Origin: Chrysomallon squamiferum
Lineage: Eukaryota; Animalia; Mollusca
Direction of reading: 5' to 3'
Length of the DNA: 64,000 nucleotides
Assembly: GCA_012295275.1 (NCBI GenBank)
Contig: CM022665.1
Location: forward strand, 18,910,001-18,974,000
Below are positions 1-11,833 of this stretch, piece after piece (position 1 is the first letter of the stretch; each line of letters starts with the position of its first letter). The position numbers and the translations under genes are program-made. A model generated the notes under the pieces. It was given only the letters and a program-made list of their open reading frames with translations. It was not told where the DNA came from and did no database searches.

Positions 1-626
1 ACTAGTAATATTTGTAACAATAGTAGTAGTATTTGTTATTGTACTAGAGTATTTGTAACAATATTAGTAGTATTTGTTATTGTACTAGAGTATTTGTAAC
101 AATAGTAGTAGTATTTGTTATTGTTCTAGAGTATTTGTAACAATACTAGTAATATTTGTAACAATAGTAGTAGTATTTGTTATTGTACTAGAGTATTTGT
201 AACAATATTAGTAGTATTTGTTATTGTACTAGAGTATTTGTAAGAATACTAGTAGTATTTGTATTGTGCTAGAGTATTTGTTATTGTACTAGAGTATTTG
301 TACCAATACTAGTAGTATTTGTACCAATACTAGTGGTATTTGTTATTGTACTAGAGTATTTGTAACAATACTAGTAATATTTGTAACAATAGTAGTAGTA
401 TTTGTTATTGTACTAGAGTATTTGTAACAATATTAGTAGTATTTGTTATTGTACTAGAGTCGGTCCATTTGTGCTGCTTTTAGTAGTATTTGTATTGTGC
501 TAGAGTATTTGTTATTGTACTAGAGTATTTGTACCAATACTAGTAGTATTTGTACCAATACTAGTGGTATTTGTTATTGTACTAGAGTATTTGTAACAAT
601 ATTAGTAGTATTTGCAACAGTACTGG
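1..626. repeat. ~41-bp minisatellite (alternating 21/20-nt subunits) in the intron just before exon K2
   Basis: Units TAGTAGTATTTGTTATTGTAC + TAGAGTATTTGTAACAATAC repeat with variants. The same array recurs at ~10045-10318, ~19650-19945 and ~27655-28228 with different lengths. Confidence 0.92.
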
Positions 627-673
627 TGTTAAATTAATAAATTGCCAATAATTATGCGTCCTGTTTTTTGCAG

Positions 674-879
674 TGTGTCGACTGCCTAAAGTTGTCGGTC
701 CATGTCGTGCTGCTTTTAGAAGGTACTTCTACAACAGCAGCACTGGCACGTGCCAACTCTTTATTTATGGTGGTTGCCGAGGAAACCGAAACAACTTCCG
801 GTCGCTGGCGATGTGTTATCGACGATGTGGTGGACACGGCATGATTTTCGGAAGACGCTACAGATACGACGATGACTAA
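674..879 (+). CDS. Terminal Kunitz/BPTI exon K2 of an upstream family A gene (A0; 5' part outside the window)
   Basis: Acceptor TTTTTTGCAG|674, phase 1. Encodes [51 protein letters not shown] with six Kunitz Cys and the FIYGGCxGNxNNF signature. TAA ends at 879; AATAAA at 933-938. Confidence 0.92.
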
Positions 880-1035
880 ATCATCAGCTACTGTAAATTA
901 TGTAAAAACAAAGGTGTGATAATTCTATGATTAATAAATGATCATCTGTGATATTTGTTTATTGTTAATATTTTAAATAGCACTAGTAACAGTTAAAAGA
1001 GTAGTAGAATTATTATTAGTAGTAGTACTAGTACC

Positions 1036-1072
<37 letters not shown>

Positions 1073-1645
1073 AATAAAATATAAAATGCATCGTACATTC
1101 CATTATATTTATTTGTTGGTTTGGTTGTTTGTTTATTTGTTTATTATACATGTATTCGTTTTTCTTCTTCTTTGTTTATGTTACTTTTTTTTATCTCTCT
1201 CTCTGTATGTGTGTGTGTGTGTGTGTGTGTGTCTGTAATAATAATACTGAACCATCACAAATATTGATATTTGTTTGCCTTTTTGACCAATTGATCATAA
1301 AAGCCTTATATTTTTATATACTCATAACATTAAAAAACTGTTTGTTCCAAATTTTTGGATGATACTGTTTAGCATAATAATATCCATACTTTATTTTGTA
1401 TGCATGCATACATACATACATACATAATACATACATACATACATACATACATACATACATACATACATACATACATACTTGTTTGACATCACAATGAAGC
1501 GCGTGGTCTCACAGAATTGTTCCGCCTAGATGTTACGATTGAGCTACTTTCCTGTTCCAGTCCGTGCACTAAACTGGAAACTCGTTTATATTTTCACTCA
1601 GTGCTAATACTTACAAATAACACCAGAGAGTGGCAAAACGCACAG

Positions 1646-1920
1646 GACTGGACTGGAAGTCAGTTACACTATATTTCTACCTGTTTTAAGTCTGAGTGTT
1701 TATTTATTATTCCTGGACACGATTACTTTCAGTGTCTTCTAAATTAGCTCTAAATGTAATAAATGTTTTGCGTCCAGGTAAGACTGGACTGGAAGTCGAC
1801 TGACTGTATTTCTACGTTTCAGTCTGAAAGTTAATTTACGATTCCTTGCTTACAGTTCCGTTCATTGTTTTCTAACTTAGCTCTAAGTTTTCGGATTGGA
1901 TTGGAAGTCGTCTGTCTGTA
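1646..1920. repeat. Degenerate ~110-135 bp direct repeat (2+ copies)
   Basis: GACTGGACTGGAAGTC at 1646 and 1782, GATTGGATTGGAAGTC at 1894; the first two are followed by related sequence ending ...TTAGCTCTAA. Repeated in the next two units. Confidence 0.6.
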
Positions 1921-2136
1921 CGTCTAGATTTTTATTTTTCCAAATTTATCGCGTTTCTCCTGAAAACCCGGGGCGTGTCATTTCTCACCTGTCTGTCATA
2001 GGTTCGCTATCACTGTCATAGTAATTAAGAAACCGTATGTGTGCATCATATTATTAACTGATTGAAACAAATGTATTTCTATCTGTGTTATTTATTTATT
2101 TATTTATTTATATATATATTTTTTTTTTTTTCTCAG

Positions 2137-2295
2137 TGACTTGAACCAGTGAAAGAAGGAATAGGTCGTGCATACTTAGAAAGATTTTATTTCAATTCTG
2201 AGAAAGGAATCTGTGATTCAGTTATCTACACTGGTTGTGAAGACAATAGAAATAATTTACTTTCACTCATCGACTGTATCAAAGTTTGCGAGTAA
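2137..2295 (+). pseudogene. Orphan degenerate Kunitz exon K3, disrupted (first Cys codon is TGA)
   Basis: Polypyrimidine tract + CTCAG|TGA CTT GAA..., reading *LEPVKEGIGRAYLERFYFNSEKGICDSVIYTGCEDNRNNLLSLIDCIKVCE*. Kunitz spacing, but Cys I and Cys II are absent. Confidence 0.8.
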
Positions 2296-5015
2296 TAAAT
2301 GCGAGAACATCATTTTGAATGAGAAAGGTCTACAGGATTTTATATCTGACACACTAATTTGTATAATAAAATGTGACAAATGCTGCACGTGTACGTGATC
2401 TGGATATTGGAAACACAACATTCATAAAATGAAGTGAAAATGTTAACAGTGATAATGGATTTGAGGAACTATGGGTTCACTAAAGTCTGTAACATTGAGG
2501 CGTACAAGAAGTGGGAGCTGGTAAAGGCTGTAAATTCCTCCATGAGAAATATTATATAATCTGTTATAATAAGTTCAAATCTGAATGCACGAACTCTGGC
2601 ATTCTCCTGAGTCTATCCGCTCTACACTACAGTTATATCTGAGAAATGTAGTCTACCTTTGTGAAGCAGTACTGTCATATAGTTAAATGTGAACTGAATA
2701 ATGCAAATATGAACCAACAAAACATTTTGTAAAGAGATTATCCAGCGTGAAAGAAACGAAATATGAAAATAATATTTATTGATTTAACATACATTATCCA
2801 GTATAAAAGAAAGACAGATGTTATAAAATTTACACCAAAATGTCATATGTTGTATAATCCAATATTTAATATGGCATAGCAACCGATATACAGTCAAGTA
2901 TGACATTTCTTCTTTTATGCTATAACTTATAGCTGTTCAGAAGATGAGTTTTGGAGAGAACCAAACAGTGAACTACTAAAGTAAATTTTTAAGTGACTAA
3001 ATCAGTATTAAACATAAATATAACAAACAGACATGTCAGTGATAGGAATCAATGGCTGATCATCTAATGATATTTTTGTGGACAATATAATTCCCGATTA
3101 TTTATTTTTCAGCTGGAATTTTAACTTTTCTCAAGTGATTATACTCTTTTACTCTGCATTATTTATGTCATTTTGTAGTTTAAAGAGAAGATATAAATAT
3201 TCCTGTCTCCTTTTTTCTCCTTTTCTTCAAATTTTTATTTCTGTCGTACGTTTCCCTTTTTTATTTTTCTGATTTGGCATTTTATTATTATTTTTTATTT
3301 ATTTTACTTTATTTTATTATTATTATTATTATTATTTTTTTTTTTAACAATTTATGATCCAGATCATCATCATTATATTTTTATTTTATTTTACTTTATT
3401 TATTAATATGAGTTAAAAAAACAATGTATGTTATGATAAATATTTCAATTTCATGTTGTTTGTCTTTTAAAAGAAATGTAACAGAGATCATTTTCGTGTT
3501 TTATCACTTAACTGTACGATGTAAATTAACGTTACTAGTCTGTATTACTTTATTGTGTCCTGTTTCTGGTTTTGGATGTAATATATTCAATGTTTACTTC
3601 ATTAAAGCGGAAACTGTGTTGTTAAACCTTCGTCTGAAGCGTGTTGGACTCGTTAAAAACTGCTTTATGGGCCTATTACGACACTTTCCATGTTAGTCAG
3701 TGCACTGTTTGTTTTATTAAGTATCGACGTACATGATTTTAAGGTCCATGTAGCAGGAACGAACGAGAAAACTACATAGTTTAAAAATTGGCATGGCAGC
3801 GTGAGAATAGCCTGAGACCTAACGATATTATATATATGTATAGACACACGCACACTCACATTTAAAATATCCATGTATGATGTAGTTATTCTGTCTAAAC
3901 CGGATTTACGTAGGAATGATGAAATGTGCTATTTTTTTACAGTTTCCCAGTATAGACTAATGTATTCTGGAGTTACGGTTTTTGCAGTATTTTTGTTAAC
4001 AGGTGAATGAAACATTATAATTATACTTACCATGAATGTCAGGTATTCGTCACATGCAGTAAATGATTTCTCTTCTTCCTTTCGTTTTAGGTCGATTGAC
4101 ACATTAACCGTAACTGAAGTGACTTTTTGTATTTCTTTTGAAAACAAGGCTTCAGAATGACCTGTCCCCCAAATTGTCCTATGTTTTACATAATATATAT
4201 GTGTTTATGTTTGTGTCTATGGTCTGTTTGGTTTTTTGTACGTATGTATGTGTCTATGTATCAATGTTTGTGTGTATGTATATAGGTATGAATATATATG
4301 TGTACGTATGTGTATATGCGTTAATGTCCATGCATCAATGTATGTTTGTATGTGTCCATGTATGCATGTATGTACGTATGTGTGTATGTTTGTATGTATG
4401 TAAGTATAGATGTATGTATGACATGTTGATTAAGAGTCATTACTGTATAGCAAATGTTTGTTAAATCTGTATTTTGGTAACTGTTCACAGTAAAATGCAT
4501 GTACGTTGATATTTCACTTACGTATCTACGCTTAGACGAAGGATAGTCTTGGCTGGAGGATAACCCGGTCTTGTTTTAACAGTGCAGTGTCGCCACATGT
4601 CAGCAGTTTGAAATAAAACAGAAACTACAAGTTTAACTTTAAACATTTCAACAATTTCTTCAGACCTGTTCATCAAATGTGCGACAGTGTTGGTTGACCT
4701 CCTTGGACCATGTAGATTTAACTATGACTTTATTTTTACACATGAACTATGTGTATATAAAAAATAACCTACACAGTATGACGCAGGCTCTTACGAAACA
4801 GTCGCGGATTTAATGGATATTTTGTTTACTTGTCATGTAGATCAAGAACAACAATCGTTTTTAAGACAAACTGTCAAGATTGTTGTAATATACTAGGTTC
4901 TTCAAGGCGGAACGCTTCTTCATTTGTGTCAGCCTATTTAGAAAAATCATTTGTCTGACGTCTTCTACTGCGATAAAATTCCTTAGTCACATCCGTATCA
5001 GCATCCTAAACGCGG

Positions 5016-5067
5016 TATAAGTAAGAGATAAACATACTGAGGCTCAGACAAATCCGGACTGTCAAGG
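5016..5067 (+). promoter_or_regulatory. Candidate TATA box and short non-coding exon 1 of gene A1
   Basis: TATAAGTAAGA at 5016-5026, Inr-like CTCAGA ~30 nt downstream, donor AGG|GTGAG at 5068. The coding exon has an acceptor 22 nt before its ATG, implying an upstream exon. Confidence 0.6.
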
Positions 5068-5970
5068 GTGAGCTTAATCTGCTGTTTTCTTATTGTATTG
5101 TACGAAACTTTATTATTTTATTTAACTATATCAGAAATTGTTGTAGTAGTAGTTGTAATGGTTGTGGTTATGGTAGTAGTACTAGTATTGTAGTAATAGT
5201 AGGTGTTGTAGTGGTTTTGGAAGCGGTATTGTTAATAATATCTTTTTTATCAGCAGCAGAAGTAAGAAATTTTTAGAAACAAATTAGATGTTGCAGTAGC
5301 ACTACCATTCCTATAGTAGTAGTAGTAGTAGTAGCAGTAGTACTAACGGCTATAGTAACATCAGTAATAATTGTTTTTCGTATTGTTGTATTTCTAGTAA
5401 TAGTAATGACACTCAGTAATAGTAACAGTAGTCCTAGTAGTGGTAGTAGTTGTAATGGTAGTAGCAGTAGCCACAGCAGCAGTATCAGCAGCAGCAGCAC
5501 AAGCAACGTTGTAGAAGTGGTAGTGCTGGTAAAAACAGTTATTGTTGTTAGTAAACAGGCTTACCTAGTAAGGAAACACAAAATGGAATGACTGATATAA
5601 AAATTCAGAGATATTAACTTGTTTTCATTTATGTTGTTGAGATAATACGTTAGTTTCAACTTTTCCTGTTACAGTAAGATATTAAAATACATTCCTATAA
5701 TTATGGTTATAGATTTTGTAAATACATAAATTAGTTTTTCGTTTTATAATTTTGTATTTTTGTTATTGCTTATTGTTGTTTCTATTTGTGGGGCTTTTTT
5801 TTTAAAAAAATATATATATATATATATATATTTGATTATTTATTTCTTACTTTATTATTATTATTATTATTATTTTTTTTTTTGGAGCATGTTTCTGTTT
5901 TGAGAGGTTTATGATTTATTTTTATTATTTATTATTATTTTTTTTTTATTATAAATTTTTAAAACACAAA

Positions 5971-6015
<45 letters not shown>

Positions 6016-6118
6016 CAAGAATGCTATTTTGAATGTATTTTTAATCGCGGTTTTCTTCAAAGATTACAAAGATTTAAAACTGTGTTAATATTGCAGGTAC
6101 AACGATAAAGAGAAAGTC

Positions 6119-6717
6119 ATGAAGACATTCCTGTTTCTTTTTTGTTTCGTCCTGTTAGCCATCTGCATCTATGGCATACGTAAGTAAATACATAAATAAA
6201 ATTTGTAGGAAAAACTAAAATATTCAAAAATTTATATCAGTGTCATATTAATCAAAACTGTTGTAAATTTAAAAATAAATAAATAATTAAATAAATAAAT
6301 AAATAAATAAATGTTATTGAAAGAAATTTGATTCATCAAAGAAATTAGTTGAAATGTTTTGTTTTGTTTGTTTATTGTTGTTTTTTTATACCGCAAAGGT
6401 TTTTAAGATTTTATGACGAATTTTTTATGACGTTTTCAGCTCCTGGAGGTAAAGGCATACGTAGACCAGGCAACATAATGCCACAAAGACCTAGATGCCT
6501 TATGTATTGTCCTTATGGTTACGATCATTCCAAACCTTGTAGATGTCTTCCTGGTCCAAGAAATCCATGCATGGTTAGTTTTTCTTGCTGTTGTTATTTG
6601 ATTCGATATACGAATTTTGATACTGTTTTACACACACGCGCACACACACACGCACACATACACACACTCACACCTATACACAAACACAACATATTTACAC
6701 AGACATGCAGACGCATG

Positions 6718-6804
<87 letters not shown>

Positions 6805-7686
6805 TACATTATATTTGATTCTTTGTATTACCGTATAATTGACGTCGTAAACGCTTTAAATAACAGTTATATAATAATTACGTGTAAAGTGTCGTACATT
6901 TTAAACAGCGCAGTTTTCACCAAATCTCCTAAACGTGCTTTCTAGCCTAAATAAAACCCACTGAAATTTCTAGGTACCAGAATCTTTCGATAAATTACTT
7001 TGCGTGGATTTTGTGACATATTTGACAAATTTCTGCCTTCATGTTTCAGACTGTTCGTTGTGCACGTGGAATGAAATGTGTTCGAAGAGGAAACCGCGGA
7101 GTTTGTGTACGCATTGGTATCATTGGACCAAGACCAGGTTTACCAAAAGGTCAGCTACGTTTTTAACATAATGTAAAAAACCAAAAAAAACCCCCCAAAA
7201 CTACCTGTCTAGTTCCTAATTATGCAAACCATAATAACCTTAAAAAAGTATATATCAGTAATATGGATTAAGAAAATACTTTGACCAATAACGTGTATGA
7301 CAGTGTGAGTGACTGTGTCTGTATGTGCGTGTGTCTGTTACAACCAGTTTACTCCCTTGTATTAAACAGTTAACAAATAAACTATGGCCGAACTATAGCT
7401 ATAAGAGTTTAAAGATTACCAATATGTGAGTACAAATAGAATAAGGTTTCAGTCAATGTTCGGGGACTGCTGTGTGAACGATTATTCTCTGTGTGACATT
7501 TCAGTCTGTCGACTGCGCAAAGTAACCGGACCCTGTCGTGCTATGCACAGACGTTTTTTTTACAACAAGAAGTCTGGCCAGTGTCAGCAGTTTATATATG
7601 GCGGATGTAGAGGGAACGGCAACAACTTCCTCACGATGGCAGAATGTCAGCAACGTTGTGGCGGATTCAGACGTAACTTCGGTTAA
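6119..7686 (+). CDS. Gene A1: secreted basic protein, signal peptide + antistasin-like + FOLN-like + Kunitz K1 (158 aa; 222 aa if spliced on to K2 at 10368-10573)
   Basis: Exons 6119-6179 ([20 protein letters not shown], donor GTAAGT), 6440-6573 ([45 protein letters not shown]), 7050-7149 ([33 protein letters not shown]), 7505-7686 ([60 protein letters not shown]). All introns GT-AG, phases 1/0/1 join in frame; AATAAA at 7762-7767. Confidence 0.9.
6721..6800. repeat. (GA)n microsatellite in the phase-0 intron of family A
   Basis: Pure GA run; equivalents at ~16346-16433 and ~25419-25498. Confidence 0.95.
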
Positions 7687-8366
7687 CGTTACAGCGACTG
7701 AGTCTTCTTAAATACAGTGGTCAACATAATATAAATAATAATATGCCTCCTTTTATTTTAAAATAAATAACTGCTTTTCCCTGAAACATGTGTGCAGTAT
7801 GATGTTGAATAATATATCTTGGATTGTTATGGCTAATATTTTAGAAGATATACTACATTTTCAGACCTACCCAGAGAGAAGTAAAAAGTATTCATTAATT
7901 TAAAATACGATATTATATGGAATGATAGTTACAATGGCCTCTAACTCTAAGATTATTTTTGAGTTTAATACAGAAAGTGCTAACAATCCCAGGTGCAAGG
8001 ATTACATACTAAAACAAATATTAATAATAAAAAGGGGTTGACACGTCCATAAGGCCAGGAGTTCAAGCCATGATGACCCTATTTTAAATACCTGTCTTCG
8101 CACGTCTGTCTAGTACAATAGTACTATTTGTCAGTCAGTTTATAAAATATACCTGAAAAAAAAAAAAATAATATAGTAAATAAACGTGAACAATTACAAG
8201 TAATATATTTTAATTCCTCTTTTTTTTATCTCTTTTCGACCGTTCGACTGTTTGCTCTTTCTTTCTATCATTTATTTATTTATATCTCAACTTATTTATT
8301 TACTTATTTCTTTTTAATCCATTTACTTAGTTCATTCTTACTTTTGCCTGTCGACATAATAATACA

Positions 8367-9031
8367 CAGTGGTACCTTGATTTACGAGTTTAATTCGTTC
8401 CGTGATCGAGCTCATAACTCAATTTGCTCGTATATCAAATCACTTTTCCCAAATGATATTAATTGAAATACCATTAATCCGTTCCAGCCCCCCAAAACCA
8501 CACAATTTTTTCTGACCCGTTTTTAAATTAAAAGAATGTATTTTTAAATGACAGCTATTGTATAAAAACAAAATAAAAGAGAATCTAAAGAAATAATTGG
8601 TTTATTGAAGTGTATTTATCTTGGAGATCAGACAAATTAATTTGGGTGGAGTTACAGCCTTTATCAACTCCTTCTGCTTCAGTATGGTACATATCGTAAA
8701 ATACTACTGTCCTACTGAATAGCAAGTCGACTACATGTACACCTCGCTCATGTTTTTCTATGAATTCAAGCTTTAATTCAATGCACATGATCCGTTTCGT
8801 GTCAGCATTGTCCTTTGCACTCGCTTTCTTAGGATCCATTGCCAGAAAAACAAAAAAATTTGGCAAAATACTGCACAAAACGCGAACACAACACAACAGA
8901 AATACTGACGTATCTGAACCTCACTTGTATCTCGGACTTTGGCTCGCAATTCAAAGAAAAAATCGACCATACGCCTGCTCGTAACTCGGAAAACTCGTAA
9001 ATTGGACCACTCGTAAGTGAGGGTACTACTG
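8367..9031 (-). mobile_element. Internally deleted Tigger/pogo-type DNA transposon (665 bp)
   Basis: Imperfect TIRs: CAGTGGTACCTTGATTTACGAG vs reverse complement of the right end CAGTAGTACCCTCACTTACGAG (18/22). TA on the right flank (CA on the left). Minus strand reads MDPKKASAKD...IELKLEFIEKHERGVHVVDL, resembling the CENP-B/pogo N-terminal HTH. Empty site with one TA at 27049-27050. Confidence 0.88.
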
Positions 9032-9699
9032 TATTTTCTAGGTATTTTCTCTATTAGTATAAAATAATTACACACTCAAACATATATTATATGTAGATAT
9101 GTTTTCAAACATCACTGGAAGAAAGATAACTGTATTAAAAAACACAACTAAAAAATAAGCCTTGTAAACAAACCTCCACTCAAACAAAGCCCCAGTGAAA
9201 CAAAAACAAATCAACAAGAAGAAATAATAATAAAAGAAACAGAACTGGTAATAATAAAATAAAGAAACCACAAAAGAAAAAAAGAAGAAAAGAAAGTCGT
9301 AAAACTAAGGTAAGTAATTTATATATTATCACAGTAAATAAATGTCAGCAAAGAGATGGGTTGTTACTTAGATACAGCTTTCAGTATCGTATTAGTCTCT
9401 AAAAAGCTAATTTACTTAAAAACTAAATTATATTTAATTATTTGAAGGCAGCTAAATAGACGGGTGAAAAGCAGGACGTACAAAGAGCGTTCGTTACTAA
9501 CATGAAATAATTCTTTGCTTCCTTACAAAATAAACAACTGCTGCCTGTTGAAGCTACTACTAATAATAGTAATCATGGCCGTAACTACACTGAGGCAAAT
9601 ATAACCGAAACTGACGATTTTTATTATTATTATTATTCATTTTTTTTTTTATACAAATATTTTCTTTAAGAAATATAAAATATAAATGGATAGAACTGA

Positions 9700-9801
9700 A
9701 GAATTTGCGTCATTCAAGTCGGACCTTCTGGGGGCCTTAAGCGGACTCCGGACCCCTCGCCCGAATGTTTTTGCCACGCCCCGATCCGCCGGGCGATTAA
9801 G
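9700..9801. repeat. GC-rich interspersed repeat fragment with a degenerate hairpin
   Basis: TCTGGGGGCCTTAAGCGGACTCCGGA (imperfect inverted repeat) in an AT-rich background. Also at ~19320-19415; absent from the third unit. Confidence 0.4.
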
Positions 9802-10044
9802 TGTTTTTGCCTCATTTCATAAAGAGTCTGGTTTCGGCTAACATTACTTTTATTAGTAATAGTAGTAGTAGCAGTTGTAGTAGTAGTTGTAGTCGTAATA
9901 GTAGTAGTAACTGTTGTATTGATGGTAGGAGTAATAGTGTTAGTAGAAGCTCATGTAGTAGTAGTAGTAGTGATAGTGGCAGTCCTGCTGGAGTTGTCGC
10001 TGTAATAGTAGTCTCAGTAGTAATAGTAGTAGAAGTCATATTAA

Positions 10045-10318
10045 TTGTACTAGAGTATTTGTAAGAATACTAGTAGTATTTGTTATTGTACTAGAGTATT
10101 TGTAACAATACTAGTAGTATTTGTTATTGTACTAGAGTATTTGTAACAATATTAGTAGCATTTGTTATTGTACTAGAGTATTTGTAACAATATTAGTAGT
10201 ATTTGTTATTGTACTAGAGTATTTGTAACAATACTAGTAGTATTTGTACCAATACTAGTGGTATTTGTTATTGTACTAGAGTATTTTTAACAATATTAGT
10301 AGTATTTGCAACAGTACT
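10045..10318. repeat. 41-bp minisatellite before K2 (unit A1)
   Basis: Same subunits as 1-626, shorter array. Confidence 0.9.
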
Positions 10319-10367
10319 GGTGTTAAATTAATAAATTACCAATAATTATGCGTCCTGTTTTCTGCAG

Positions 10368-10573
10368 TGTGTCGACTGCCTAAAGTTGTCGGTCCATGTC
10401 GTGCTGCTTTTAGAAGGTACTTCTACAACAGCAGCACTGGCACGTGCCAACTCTTTATTTATGGTGGTTGCCGAGGAAACCGAAACAACTTCCGGTCGCT
10501 GGCGATGTGTTATCGACGATGTGGTGGACAGGGCATGATTTTCGGAAGACGCTACAGATACGACGATGACTAA
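10368..10573 (+). CDS. Kunitz exon K2, second/alternative terminal exon of gene A1
   Basis: Acceptor TTTTCTGCAG|, phase 1; intact six-Cys Kunitz domain ending GRRYRYDDD*, followed by AATAAA. I found no signal-peptide exon between 7686 and 10368. Confidence 0.88.
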
Positions 10574-10737
10574 ATCATCAGCTACTGTAAATGATGTAAA
10601 AACAAAGGTGTGATAAGTCTATGATTAATAAATGATCATCTGTGATATTTGTTTATTGTTAATATTTTAAATAGCACTAGTAACAGTTAAAAGAGTAGTA
10701 TAATTATTATTAGTAGTAGTACTAGTACCAGTAGTAA

Positions 10738-10781
<44 letters not shown>

Positions 10782-10913
10782 AATAAAATATAAAATGCAT
10801 CGTACATTCCATTATATTTATTTGTTGGTTTGGTTGTTTGTTTGTTTGTTTATTATACATGTATTCGTTTTTCTTCTTCTTTGTTTATGTTACTTTTTTT
10901 TAATCTCTCTCTC

Positions 10914-10944
<31 letters not shown>

Positions 10945-11833
10945 CTGTAATAATAATACTGAACCATCACAAATATTGATATTTGTTTGCCTTTTTGACC
11001 AATTGATCATAAAAGCCTTATAATTTTATATACTCATAACATTAAAAAACTGTTTGTTCCAAATTTTTGTATGATACTGTTTAGCATAATAATATCCATA
11101 CTTTATTTTGTACGCATGCATACATACATACATACATACATAATACATACATAATACATACATACATACATACATACATACATACATACTTGTTTGACAT
11201 CACAATGAAGCGCGTGGTCTCACAGAATTGTTCCGCCTAGATGTTACGATTGAGCTACTTTCCTGTTCCAGTCCGTGCACTAAACTGGAAACTCGTTTAT
11301 ATTTTCACTCAGTGCTAATACTTACAAATAACACCAGAGAGTGGCAAAACGCACAGGACTGGACTGGAAGTCAGTTACACTATATTTCTACCTGTTTTAA
11401 GTCTGAGTGTTTATTTATTATTCCTGGACACGATTACTTTCAGTGTCTTCTAAATTAGCTCTAAATGTAATAAATGTTTTGCGTCCAGGTAAGACTGGAC
11501 TGGAAGTCGACTGACTGTATTTCTACGTTTCAGTCTGAAAGTTAATTTACGATTCCTTGCTTACAGTTCCGTTCATTGTTTTCTAACTTAGCTCTAAGTT
11601 TTCGGATTGGATTGGAAGTCGTCTGTCTAGATTTTTATTTTTCCAAATTTATCGCGTTTCTCCTGAAAACCCGGGGCGTGTCATTTCTCACCTGTCTGTC
11701 ATAAGTTCGCTATCACTGTCATAGTAATTAAGAAACCGTATGTGTGCATCATATTATTAACTGATTGAAACAAATGTATTTCTATCTGTGTTATTTATTT
11801 ATTTATTTATTTATTTTTATTTTTTTTTCTCAG

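Noticed and set aside
1-626. Regular short repeats as a CRISPR array
   Set aside because: There are no unique spacers, the units are contiguous and degenerate, there are no cas genes, and the context is a eukaryotic intron.
673-879. Kunitz ORFs as standalone genes with GTG/TTG starts (also 7426, 32574 and copies)
   Set aside because: The apparent starts lie in splice acceptors or introns; the real N-termini come from upstream signal-peptide exons.
1770-1785. Donor-like CAG|GTAAGA upstream of K3 as part of a K3 gene
   Set aside because: It lies inside a degenerate direct repeat, and I found no signal-peptide-encoding exon ending there.
3078-4464. Short ORFs repeated in each A unit (e.g. 3424-3696, 3665-3874, 3929-4147)
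   Set aside because: Recurrence is explained by the recent duplication; no domain signal, and some are shifted by indels between copies.
5273-5591. Poly-Leu signal-like and poly-Ser ORFs (also 9801-10064)
   Set aside because: They are translations of (AGT/AGC)n low-complexity tracts and are not preserved across the duplicated units.
6349-6945. 198-aa ORF with poly-ER (and similar ER/SL/CV/TH/poly-Y ORFs)
   Set aside because: Only 6440-6573 is exon; the rest is read-through of (CA)n, (GA)n or (TAT)n microsatellites.
9300-9320. Consensus donor AAG|GTAAGT at 9310 as a leader exon for K2
   Set aside because: The upstream sequence is A-rich with no ATG or hydrophobic signal-peptide frame; it cannot be excluded as a non-coding exon, but there is no support.
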